Position numbers and translations under genes: made by a program
Notes under the pieces: generated by a model
Seen by the model: only the letters and a program-made list of their open reading frames with translations
Database searches by the model: none
What the model was told of the DNA's origin: nothing
Source of the DNA: Raillietiella orientalis
Taxonomy: Eukaryota
DNA: 64,000 nucleotides
Assembly: GCA_036172245.1 (NCBI GenBank)
Contig: JAYWIR010000105.1
Coordinates: 62,001 to 126,000, forward strand
Direction of reading: 5' to 3'
Part shown: in pieces, positions 36,900 through 48,799 of the stretch
Layout: each line of letters starts with the position of its first letter
Numbering within the stretch: the stretch's first letter is position 1

Positions 36900-39839
36900 T
36901 TGACACCCGGATGTGCCGGGGCATTTATTTCCTTGAAATAAAAGTACATGAAGTGTCGCGTGGCGAACTCCAAGGTTCACCACTGCAAAACAGCTCGCTG
37001 GTTACCGGCTCCATGCCGGAGAGGTCCTTCCGGTTCGCGGGGATGGGAAATAAAGAAAAACAAAAGGTAACAAAAAGTTTAAATGTGGGGGGGAACAAAT
37101 GTTGTAGGGGTGGGAAGGCCGGGAAGGGATCACGGTGCGCGTGGGAAGGTCCTCTAGTTCCTATTCAGGATCCGCACAAGCTGAGTCCTTTCAGCGCCCA
37201 AGTGGCGCCACTTGCAGACACTGCGCGCGAAAAGGCGAGTCCAGTGTAAGGCGTTGCCGGTTGGCTGACGCCATCTTCTGGTGGCGTTCCAAGCCGCCAC
37301 TATTCCTCTGATGCAGCAGAGGAGTGCTACACTAGCGGGCGGGGACAAGGCGTCACTACAGAAGAGGCGCCTGAAAACGTCCTTAGGGCCGCATCCGTGC
37401 AAGTCCAGGATCCCCGCGAGACGATCCCACAAAGGGCGGAGGGTGCTACACTCAAGGAGAACGTGGGGGAATGTTTCTTTTTCCCCACACCAGTCACAAT
37501 TGGGATCCACAGCCCCACGGGTGGTGTGGTGCAGGCGAGCTTTAAATGGTAATCCCCAGAGTACCACAAGCAACGCCACATCCTGCAATTTCAGGGGGAG
37601 GGATGCACTGTTCCAAAACGCTGGGGGCCACTTCATCTCCTCCGGAGATAGTCCGAGTAGCTCGCCCCAGCGTCGAATTCCGTTGGGCGGGACACTCGGC
37701 GTCGCAGCGTCAGCTAGCTGCCGAGATGTCCACGCCGTTATCGATTGTGTCCTGCCGCCTATAGTGCAGGACACGGTCCATTTCCCCTGCTCGCTACTGT
37801 CCCTGGCATTCACAAGGAAGGGCAGCACTGGGGCGAGTGGGTTTATCAAGGCCCACAGAAGCTTGTCGTGGGACTGCACGATCTCCTGCAGCGTCCAACG
37901 GGCGTGCCTTTTCATACAAGTGTTCCTTGTGCCCGCCGGAACGTGGATCTTTTCCCAGGTGGAGACTGACTCGTGCAACCAGGCGGAGTAGTTCCCTGGG
38001 AGGCAGGAGATCCAGGCGTTCTCCCGAACCGTAACAAAGATGCGCCGCAGCATAGAGCCACAGTATGGTCTTCTGCAGACGCGCGCAGACAGAAACGACA
38101 AAAGTCCGCCGATTCCGCAGGCTCGTTGGGCCAGGAGGCGTGCTGCAACGCACCAAGGCGTGTCCCACAATTCCGCCGCAAGGGCGAGAGTCCTGAATCG
38201 AAGTTGTAGTTCCATGCGCTCCAGCGTAAGTACGCCAAGTCCACCGTCCTTACGTGGAGCGCACAAGTCTTTGAGCCTCACACGGGACCTCCCTTTGCCC
38301 CAAAGGACTGTCCTCAGGAGGCCCGCTGCTCGTTTCCGAATAAAATAAGGGGCGGGGCAAACAAAAAGTAGGGGGAGAAGGAGGGGAGCCGCAAACGCGT
38401 TCCACACAGCGGCCCGTTCCTGCAAGTAGAACTTGCCTTCTTGGAACGGACCGATCGCCAACGCTGCCTTTTGGAGTCGGTCGGACCAGGCTTCTGCTGC
38501 GCAGAAGTCCCCCAACGGTACGCCGAGGTACTTGAAGCACCTGCCCGTGGGGATCCCCAAGCGGATCCAGTCCGACCGTCCAGCCCACGCCGAACCGACG
38601 AACACCATGGACGACTTCGACCTGTTCACCTCCAGGCCCGTCCCGCGGCGCAGCAACTCGAAGAAGTTCTCGAGTGCACTCGCCGGGGTGGACCCGGGAA
38701 GCAGCAGCAGAAGATCGTCTGCATAGGCCGACACGGCAGGCGTGCCGGGACACGAGCTCGGCAGGGTTGCCAGAGTTACCCTGTATGCCCTCAGCACCAA
38801 CTCGAAGTAGATGCTGAAGAGCAAGGGGCTCAGGCTGTCACCCTGCCGGATGCCGCGGCGCACTAACACAGCGTACACGTGCCTGCCGCTGAAACCAATA
38901 TTGATTGACGCGTTGCGCCAGCAGGAGCGCAGGTAACATTGAAGCACGGCAGGGAAACCCATGCGTTCCAGGAGCTCCAGAAGGAGAACCTGGTCGACGC
39001 AGTCGAATGCTTTGTACAAATCGACCGCGACGGCAAAGGCTCCCGCCGAGTCCATCCCACCCTCTGCCCGATCTTCTTGGTCAGAAGGGGGCGCGAGGCT
39101 CCCTTGACCGTCCTGTGCAACGCGTTGTCGCAACTGCCACCATGAGCTGGCGAGGAGCAGGTTGGCCTCCATGGTTCGTCCGGGAACAGCATAGGTCTGC
39201 TCGGGACTCACCACGGAAGCGGCCACCCGCCCCAAACGCTCAGCCCACAACTTGGCATACACCTTTGCGTCCGCATTCACTACTGTGATGGGACGCCAGT
39301 TGCCAATGTTGCGTAAGTCTCCTGACTTCGGCAGGAGACGTACTTTTGCTGACCGGAACGAGGCGGGAACTTCGCCGTGTTCGCGGATCAGCGTACTTAA
39401 CCTGAGCACCAGGGGGGCCAGCTCTGGCGCGAAGTGTTTGTAAAACTCCGCGGGCAGGCCGTCCTCCCCTGGTGCCTTCCTTCTCTTGAGCCTGTTGATG
39501 GCGGAGATGATCTCCGCCATCGTGAACGGTTCCGCCAATCTGGAACGGTCCTCCTCCTTGAGCGCGGGAGCGCCATCCGGCAGCAGGCGCTGCGCGAAAT
39601 GGCGCTCAGCTGTTAGTGGCGCGTACAAGGAGGAATAAAACTCCCGCACGATGCGGCTTACCTGGGCGGGGCTGGAGCGTTCTTGGCCCTGATGATCCAG
39701 CAGGCAGGCCGAGCCTGACTGCCAGGCCTGCCTCTCCGCCTCAGCCTTGAATTCAGCCAGGCGACGGTCGTCGGGACGCCGGGAATAACGGCGCGCCTGG
39801 AGGTACGCCCGCTCGTTCCTGACACCCTCACCGAAGCCC

Positions 39840-41388
39840 TTTCCTGGAAGGCAAGTTTCACTTGCCGGAACGGGCCGCGGTTTGGAACGCCTTCGCGGCC
39901 CCCGTACTCCGCCCCTTGCTTTTTGTTTGCCCCGCCCCCGTGGAATCGAAAAAGCGGACGAAGGACCTCCTCCGCATAGCTCTTTGGGGCAAGGGGAGGC
40001 CCCGAGTCCCTTTGAAGGACTTGTGCGCTCCGCGTCGGGACGGCGGTCTCAGCATCCTGACGCTGGAGCGCGTGGAAATCCAGCTGCGATGGCGGACCCT
40101 CGCCATCGCAGCAAAGATGTGGAGCACCGCTTGGTGCATTCCGGCCCGTCTCCTGGCCAGGCGTGTGTCCCGCTGCGAAGGACACGCATCGTTTCTCTTG
40201 TGCCCTGGCCGGAAGATTCGAAGATGCGGTCTACTGCTCGGCCGCATGGCAACCCTGGCAAAGGAGAACGACTGGATGGTTTGTGTCCCTGCCAACTCCT
40301 CCGCTTGGCTGAAAGAGACTGCTGGCACCTGGGCCAAGCTGAACCAGAGGTGCGAAGACCAGATGAACTGCCTGCGAGTCGGCTTTTACGCCCGCCGAAC
40401 TCTCCGTGAAATACTTGAATTTCCACCGAGTTGCACGTGGGCGGAAGGCACACCCCTTGTTACGGCGATGCCCTTCCTCCAAAGGGCGCTTCACGGAAGC
40501 CGCAAGCCAAGGTGGCAAGTCTGCTGCCGTATCGCAGGCAGAGAGAAGATGATCAGCGGCTGGACCATGGGAGAGTTGACAGATGCAACGACCCCTAGTC
40601 TCCAGGCGCGTGGATTAAGAAGATGAAACGAGCTGCTCGGCATTCGATTGGATGACCTGAAGTGGCCCCCGGTTCTTCTTGGATCCAGGATTCATCTTCT
40701 GAAGTGGCAAGAATCGGTGCTTCTGTGGCTGCATTGTTGTCTACCCTGCAACGCGCGCCGCTTCCACCGGACGCGGGGAAGAGTAAATCCTGCGTGTGCC
40801 AGGTGTGGGGAGCGGGAGTCGCTCCCCACCTTATAGTTGAATGCCCTGCCGTCCAGTTTCTTTAGTATCGTTTGAAAACGGCCCTCCGGATACCGGATGG
40901 TGGCAATGTTGGATGTGTCTTCAGTCTTGTCTTCGTGCGGGACGCCCTCAGTCCAGCCGCAGCCCTGGCAGCACTTTGCAGCATTCGTGGTATCCTTGCC
41001 TCCTTGAGTGATGCCAAAGATGAAGACTACATCGTGAGGGACGTCAACGAGTATGCTTCTCGCTTCCTGCAGAGAGCTACCCGATGTCCCCACCTAGGAA
41101 AACTGAAAATGGAACTAGAAGGCATCCTGCAAAGGATGGGCGCTCCCAGCAGTTTTCTGTGATCCCTTCCCGGCCCTCCAAACTTTTTTTTTTGTGGTTT
41201 TTTTTTCTATTTCATCTTATTTTTGTTTTTTCTTCCATCCCCCTCTACTGCCGAGAAGAGCCACACCGGGCTGCGTCCCGGTGTACCGGCAGTTTCGGCA
41301 TTCCGTGGCCGTCAGTGGGGCTTTGTACCACGTTCTGTATTGACCGTTGAAATGTTTTTAATAAACGTCCCGGCGTATCTGGGTGGCA
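39840..41388 (+). mobile_element. LINE L-o: 5'-truncated copy closely related to L-p
   Basis: Nearly the same sequence as ~45505-47050; ends ctgggtg-gca. Confidence 0.93.
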
Positions 41389-41400
41389 TCGCCGAAAGCC

Positions 41401-44400
41401 GGTGTGGGTGGACGTGTTTTTTGGTCGCTCCGCCAGCGCTTGTCTGGGAAGCAACCGGAGTTTTTAGTGTAGTCAGGTGTAAAGTGTGGGTCGTCGGTGT
41501 CCGATTGCAGCCGTGCCAGACGACACCGCAATGGATGTAGTTGTGGGGAAGGCAAGTCCTTCCACAGGACCTACGGGTATGGGTGGAATAGTCCCTGGAA
41601 CGTCTTCGCAGCCGGCGAAGACTTGGAGTGAAATGGTCGCCGCCCTTAGTGCGGAGGCCATGGCCGAGGAAGCCGCCTATCGGGCCTCTGAATACAAGTA
41701 ATCGCTTGTATACAAGGTAGGCCCTTTGTTTGAAGGAAACACGGCGCGCTCTTTCAGCAGAGCGCCACAAAATGCTAATGTCCGTAAGGAAGTTCTGGAC
41801 GGTCTGTGCGTGCTCAGCGGGGCGCAGCGGGTTGAGCTGGTGTGCAAGAGCATCAGCCTAGCCGATCGCCTTATATATACCCCGCTAATCATGGACGGCC
41901 GTAAGATCTTCCCGGTGTCAATGGACCACTCGGTAGTGGTCCACTTGACAGGAATATCCAAGCGCATGACGGGCACTGCCGTAAAAGCAGAATAAAGTAA
42001 GTACGGGGACGTACACGCGCTGTGGCCGAAGCCCATAATCTTTGAGAATTACGGACGCCACTTCGGGGGCCTCGCCGCGGCACGCGTAACCCCAAAAAAC
42101 GAAGCGAAGCTACCCCACAAACTTGAGGTCGCGGGAGAACCAGTAGACCTCTGGTATGCTGGCAAGCCACGGTATTGCGGCTACTGCGATGCGGTCGGAC
42201 ACATCCGTAAGAGGTGCCCGAACATCGTATGCTACTTGTGCGGGGAGAAGGGACACGTCCGTCGCGTGTGCCCTAAACGCCCCACCTTGATTTTCTCGGC
42301 CGCCAAAAAGGCGCAAGCGAAACGCGCGGGGAAAGAAAAATTAGAAAACCGTGAAACTGGCCGAGAAAAGCTGCCAATAACCCAAGCTCCAAGCGCGGCA
42401 TCGGAGAAAAATCTTCCCGAAACCGCAGAGGGTGAACAGGGCTGGCAGCTAGTCAAAGCCAAAAAAGAAAAACAGGACAAGCATGTCCCGAAGAAAGGAG
42501 AGAAGGCGGCGGCCGGAACAAAAGCTCAATCCGTGTCGCGCGTAAAAACTCTCCGAGAATGCACGGTTACGCTGGAGCGCATTGACGTTCCCGCCGACAC
42601 CACCGGAGGCGATACGGCTTCGATCGATTTTCCCGCCGCGACGAATGCGCGCGAAAACCCACCCCCTGCTTGCGAAGAGGGTCAGCCGGACGACCAAATT
42701 GCCGAAACCAAGGACGCAGCCTTCGAGAAGGCCGCCGAGGAGCTTGCGGCAACGCTTGCCGAACGCGAGAACCCTTCGCGAAAGGGGTTGCGTAGGCCGG
42801 CAGCGGCTAAAGTGGCCCCCGCAGGTGAGTCGGACCGGGAGGCCGGAAGTGCATCCTCCTCTGCGGACGCACCACCAAGGAAAGCGGGGCGAAAATCCCA
42901 GAAACCCCGAAGGTGCATTCCGCCTCCGCGCGAGGGGGATCCAATGGAGGAGGAACCAGTGGATGACAGCGTGGGAGCCCAAGTCGGGCATTACCCACGT
43001 GCGGAAGCCGACGAGAAGGCGACTCCAATGGAGGAGGGTAACCAGGGGTCAGCAATGCCCTCTGAAACCGCCGAACCTGAACCACCCGCACCAATGGATG
43101 TGGGCCAACAGGTACCAACAACACCCCCTTCGCACGGGCAGCCGGAGACGTCGGCACGTGAGAAGGATGGGGAGTTGGTGGGCAAGACGCCAACCCCGTC
43201 CAGCGACCCGCCCCAAAAGGTGGCGGGAGCACCACCGCCAGGTTCCCAGGAATAACACCTGGACTCGCCTGTCGCCGTCGGATCCGCGCGGCCAGTTGGA
43301 ATGTTAATGGGCTGCGCGACGACGGAAAAAGACGAGATACAGCCGCCACCTTGCGAGATTTCGACCTGGTGCTTTTGCAGGAGATCCACGTGATCACCGC
43401 AAAAGACGCTCAGGAGATCGAAACGATCGCGGGAGGGCGGTTGTACTGGCGATGCGGCGCCCGCAACACTTGTGGGGTCGCGTTCTTCCTAAAGCCAGCC
43501 ATTAACGCAGCCGTGAAGGACGTGCGCTTTGGGGACGACGGACGGATCGGCCAACTGATTCTCAGATGGTCCGATTCGATCGACCTCATCGTCACCAATG
43601 TGTACGCTCCTAGCGGTAAACAGGGATACCAGCAGCGCAACGCGTTACTGCAAACCTTAAAGCGCGAATGGCTGGTGGACGCGGACGTGCGAAAGGCGCA
43701 TCTGATAGCAGGGGATTTCAACGTCCGTCTGCTCTCAGATCAGCCCGGAGCACAGGGGAACGCGATCAACGAGTTGTGCGGCGCCATGCGCGCGCTTAAC
43801 TTGTTGACAGAAATAAGCGGGATGGTCAACAGCGTGGACCACGTCTTCCTCGACGAAGACCTGTGCACACGGGTCGGAAAACGAGGGACGCTTGGATCGA
43901 CGCTGTCGGACCATTCCCGGTTAGTATTCGAGATGCGCCCGCGCGACAAGGGACCGCCATCCAGGGATTGGCGTATGCCAGGGGACTGGACGCGCCTGTC
44001 AGGAGCGAAAGAACATCTTCGCGAATTCCTGCGAGGCGTCACCCTCCAGAATCTCGCGGATTCGGACCTATTTCAGGACTCGGTCCGGGAGTTCTGCGAA
44101 CAGTTCCCAGTGCAACGTCTGCCCCGGGGATTCGACGAAGGGGCTCGCGACGAACGCGCGTATTTGCACGCGCGTCGTCACGAGAGGAACCCCAATGTCC
44201 GTCGCCTGGCCGAATACCGCGCCGGAGCCGAGCGACAAGCCTGGCAATCCGGGTCAGCCAGCATGCTGGATGACCTGGGCCGGGAACGTTGGTCCCCGTT
44301 TGCGGTACGGAATCTCGTGCGGTGTTTTTATTCCTCCCTTTACGCCAAAACTCCACCCGAACAAGACGCCTCGCGGCGATTGCTCATGAGTGGTTCCGTG

Positions 44401-47050
44401 GCGATAGGGGAGGAGGAGAGAGAAAGCCTCGATGAGCCTTTCACGACCGGTGAAATTCTCGCCGGTATCAAAAGGCTCAAGAGGCGTAAGGCGCCAGGGG
44501 AGGACGGCTTGCCCGCGGAGTTCTTTCAGAGTTTCGCGGAAGAGCTGGTTCCCCTGGTGCTCGAGTTGACAAGGCGAATCCGAGACGAAGGCGATGTTCC
44601 CGCCTCGTTTCGGTCAGCCAGGGTGAGGCTCCTCCCGAAGGGACGAGACCTCAGGAAACTTTGCAACTGGCGTCCGATCACGATTGTGAACACGGACGCC
44701 AAGTTGATTGCCGGGCTGTGGGCGTCGCGATTGGGGCAGGTGTCCAATTCCATAATTAGCCCGGAGCAGACATACGCTGTTCCCGGGCGAAGTATGGAGG
44801 ACAAGCTCTTCTTCGCGAGCACATGGATGCACGCGCAGCGGAGTAATAAAGAAGGGAAAGGGAAAATTTGCAACCCTACTTTGGGGCCGCCAGTGGGATA
44901 GGGTAGGGACCCTCATGCGGGAAAGGGGGCCTTAGCGATCGCAGTCGACCTCCATAAGGCATTCGACTGTGTTCGGCGAAGGGTCGCATGGGCTTCCCAC
45001 CCTCCTTGATTTCTTACCTGCGCTCTTGCTGGCGGAACGCGATACTCTCAATTTCTTTCAGTGGACAAAAGGTGTATGGCGTGCCGGTGCGGCGGGGCAT
45101 AAGGCAGGGCGACAGCCTCAGCCCCTTGCTTTTTAGCACCTACGCTGAGTTGGTGCTGAGAGCGTACAGGGTGACTTTGGCCCCCTTGCCGAGCTCGTGC
45201 CCCGGCACGCCAGCCGTAGCGGCGTATGCCGACGACCTTCTGCTCCTCTTACCTATGTCCACCCCGGCGAATGCGGTCGGAGACTTCTTCGATCTGCTCA
45301 GCCGCGGGACCGGACTGCAGGTTAACAGGGCGAAGTCGTCGGTTGTGCCAATAGGTGCGCCGTGGGCAGGGCAGCAGGACTGGGTCCATCTGGGGATCCC
45401 CACGGCGAGGTGCTTCAAGTACCTTGGTGTGCCGTTGCAAGACTTCTCCCCTGCGGAAGCGTGGTCCAGCTGCCTCCAAAAAGTCGAGACGGCGATCGGC
45501 CCGTTCCTGGAAGGCAAGTTTCACTTGCCGGAACGGGCCGCGGTTTGGAACGCCTTCGCGGCCCCCATACTCCGCCCCTTGCTTTTTGTTTGCCCCGCCC
45601 CCGTGGAATCTAAAAAGCGGACGAAGGACCTCCTCCGCATAGCTCTTTGGGGCAAGCGGAGGCCCCGATTCCCTTTGATGGACTTGTGCGCTAAGCGTCG
45701 GGACGGCGGTCTCAGCATCCTGACGCTGGAGCGCGTAGAAATCCAGCTGCGATGGCGGACCCTCGCCATCGCAGCGAACATGTGGAGCACCGCTTGGTGC
45801 ATTCCGGCCCGTCTCCTGGCCAGGCGTGTGTCCCGCTGCGAAGGACACGCATCGTTTCTTCTGTGCCCTGGCCGGAAGATTCGAAGATGCGGTCTACTGC
45901 TCGGCCGCATGGCAACCCTGGTAAAGGAGAACGACTGGATGGTTTGTGGCCCTGCCAACTCCTCCGCTTGGCTAGAAGAGACTGCTGGCACCTGGGCCGA
46001 GCTGAACCAGAGGTGCGAAGACCAGATGAACTGCCTGCGAGTCGGCTTTTACGCCCGCCGAACTCTCCGTGAAATACTTGAATTTCCACCGAGTTGCACG
46101 TGGGCGGAAGGCACACCCCTTGTTACGGCGATGCCCTTCCTCCAAAGGGCGCTTCAGGAAAGCCGGAAGCCAAGGTGGCAAGTCTGCTGCCGTATCGCAG
46201 GCAGAGAGAAGACGATGAGCGGCTGGACCATGGGAGAGTTGACAGATGCAACGACCCCTAGTATCCAGCCGCGTGGATTAAGAAGATGGGGCGAGCTGCT
46301 CGTTATTCGATTGGATGACCTGAAGTGGCCCCCGATTCTACTTGGATCCAGGATTCTTCCCCTGAAGTGGCAAGAATCGGCGCTTCTGTGGCTACATTGG
46401 GGTCTACCCTGCAACGCGCGCCGCTTCCACTGGACGCGGGGAAGAGTAAATCCTGCGTGTGCTCGGTGTGGGGAGCGGGAGTCGCTCCCCCACCTCTTAG
46501 TTAAATGCCCTGCCGTCCGGATTCTTTGGGAACGTCTTCAAACGGCACTTGGAATACCGGATGCTGTCAACGGTGGATGTATTTTCAGTCTTGTCTTCGT
46601 GCGGGACGCTCTCAGTCCAGCTGCAGTCCTGGCAGCTCTTTGCTGCATTCGTGGTATAGTGGCGGCCTGGAGTGATGCCGAAGATGAAGACTGCATCGTG
46701 AGGGATGTCATCGAGTATGCTTCTCGCTTCCTGCAGAGAGCTACCCGATGGACCCATCTAGGAAGGATGAAAAAGGAACTAGAAGGCATCCTGCAAAGGA
46801 TGGGCCCTCCCAGCAGTTTTCTGTGATCCCTTCCCGGCCCTCCAAACTTTTTTTTGTGGTTTGTTTTTCTCTTTTATTTTATTTTTGTGTTCTCCCTTAT
46901 CCCCCTCTACTGCTGAGGAGAGCCACACCGAGTTGCGTCCCGGTGTCCCGGCAGTTCCGGTATTGCGTGGCCGTCAGTGGGGCCTTGTACCACGTTCTGT
47001 ATTGACCGTTGAAATGTTTTTAATAAACGTCCCGGCGTATCCGGGTGGCA
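41401..47050 (+). mobile_element. LINE L-p: full-length (~5.65 kb) with stops in ORF1 and a stop plus small deletion in ORF2
   Basis: GGACGTG 5' motif; ORF1 to 43255; ORF2 pieces 43351-44901 and 44988-46826; ends ccgggtg-gca. Confidence 0.95.
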
Positions 47051-48397
47051 TCACCGAAGCCCGGCGGAAGACGTTCCAGGGGAACCTGGTCGCAAAACTC
47101 ACGGACTGAGCACTTCATTTCATCCCAGTCCGCGAGCGTCTGAAGCTGGATTCCTCGCAGGAAACAGCGTAGATCTTCCGCCGCTCCTGCGAGGCGCAAC
47201 CAATCCCCTGGCAGGCGCCATGTTTTCAGGGGAGGGCCCTTATTGCGCGGATGTAACTCGAGCACGAGCCGTGGATGGTCGGACAGCTCTGCCGGGAGCG
47301 TTCCTCGAGTTCCCACCCGCGTGCACACGTGGTTGTCGAGGAACATGTGGTCGATGTTCCGATCTCTCCCGGCATCGCCGGCCAACAAGTTGCGCGCGTG
47401 CATGGCTGCGCACAACTCGTTGACCAGCTGTGCTCGTCCGCTGGGCGCACCTGCCAGCAGGCGGAGATTGAAATCGCCCGCAATGAGATGCGCCCTTCGC
47501 ACGCCTGCTTCGGCCAACCAGTCTCGCCGCAAGGTTTCGAAGAACGCAGTGCGTTCCTCGGCCCTGTGGCTGCTCACCGGAGCGTACAGGTTCGTGACTA
47601 CGAGTTCGATCGAGTCGGACCACTTGAACACAAGCTGCCCAACTCGACCATCCCCGTCGAACCGTGCACTGCGCAGTGAGTTGTCGACGGTTGGCTTTAG
47701 CAGAAAGGCCACTCCGTAGGAGTTGTCCGTTCCGTTCCTCCACAGTAGCCGCTCTCCCGCGATTCTTTCGATTTCCTGGACATCTCTTGGTCGGAGAACG
47801 TGCGTCTCTTGCAGGAGCACCAGGTCGAAGTCTCGCAGTATGGCGGCTACATCTCGCCTCTTTTTGTCGTCGCGCAACCCGTTGACATTCCAACAGGTGA
47901 TGCTCAAGCGGCGGCAGGAGGCGAGCCCTCGCATTGGTGTATTTATGGTGGGGTGGAGGCGGCCTCCTCCATTTCGGGAGGCGGCTCGTTGGCGGCCGTG
48001 ACGACGGTCGGCTGCTCACCCGGGAGCACGTCGTCAGCAGCGACTTCCATTGCGCTGGCTTCCGAGGCGCGGACGGGAGAAGGCTCGCGTGACGCGACGC
48101 ACATTGCCTCCTCCTCCGTGCCCGAGGACATGGACTCCTCCACTTGGGAGGAGGCGACACTTCTCGGGCATCCGGCCTTCTTGCCAGCTTTCCTCTTCGG
48201 CACGGCTGCGGAAGTAGAGCAACCGGCTTCAGCGTCGGACCCGGAAGATTCCGGGCCCTTCGCCGTCGCCGGTCGTCTCAAGGCCTTCTTTTCGGATTTG
48301 GCAGGCCGCCTGAAAATGGCTGCCAGCTCTTCCGCGGCCTGCTCGAAGGTCGCGTCTTCGATTCGCGCCACCTCCTCGCTTTCCGCACCGACACTCG

Positions 48398-48788
48398 TTT
48401 TCACCCGGATATGCCGGGGCATTTATTCAAAAGAATAAAATCACAATGGATTGTCGCATGGTGAACCCAAAGGTCCACCACTACAAAACAGCTTGGTATT
48501 TACGGGCGCTATGCCGTAGAGGTCCATCCGATCCGCGGGGGTTGGGAAAGAACAAAACAAAAAACAAACAAATAGTTGAAGTATGGGAGGGAGCAAATGT
48601 TTCGGGAATGGGAGGGCAGGGAGGGGATCACCGTGCGGGCGAATAGGTCCTCTAGATCCTATTTAGGATCCGTACAAGCTGAGTCCTCTCTGCGCCCAAG
48701 TGGCGCCACTTGCAGACGTCTCGGACGAATAGGCGGGTGAACCGTAAGGCGTTGCCAGTTGGCTGACGTCTTCTTCTGGTGGCGTTCC
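48398..48788 (-). mobile_element. LINE L-q: 3' fragment of the L-n subfamily abutting the satellite
   Basis: NATRRRRQPTGNAL..RILNRI* matches the L-n C-terminus; terminus ccgggtg-aaaa at 48398. Confidence 0.9.
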
Positions 48789-48799
48789 TAGAGTTCTGA

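Larger units (their letters stand above)
37154..47934 (-). pseudogene. ORF2 of L-n, 1185 aa and open once the 39840-47062 insertion is removed
   Basis: 872 + 2686 = 3558 nt = 1186 codons including the stop; no internal stop seen. Confidence 0.85.
36900..48397 (-). mobile_element. LINE L-n (36900-39839 plus 47051-48397), split by L-o and L-p
   Basis: ORF2 47934 to 47063 continues in frame at 39839 to 37154; TSD TCACCGAAGCCC at 39828-39839 and 47051-47062; terminus ccgggtg-tcaa at 36900. Confidence 0.93.

Noticed and set aside
33000..48440. Many antisense or overlapping ORFs of 100-300 aa
   Set aside because: Shadow frames of GC-rich LINE coding sequence
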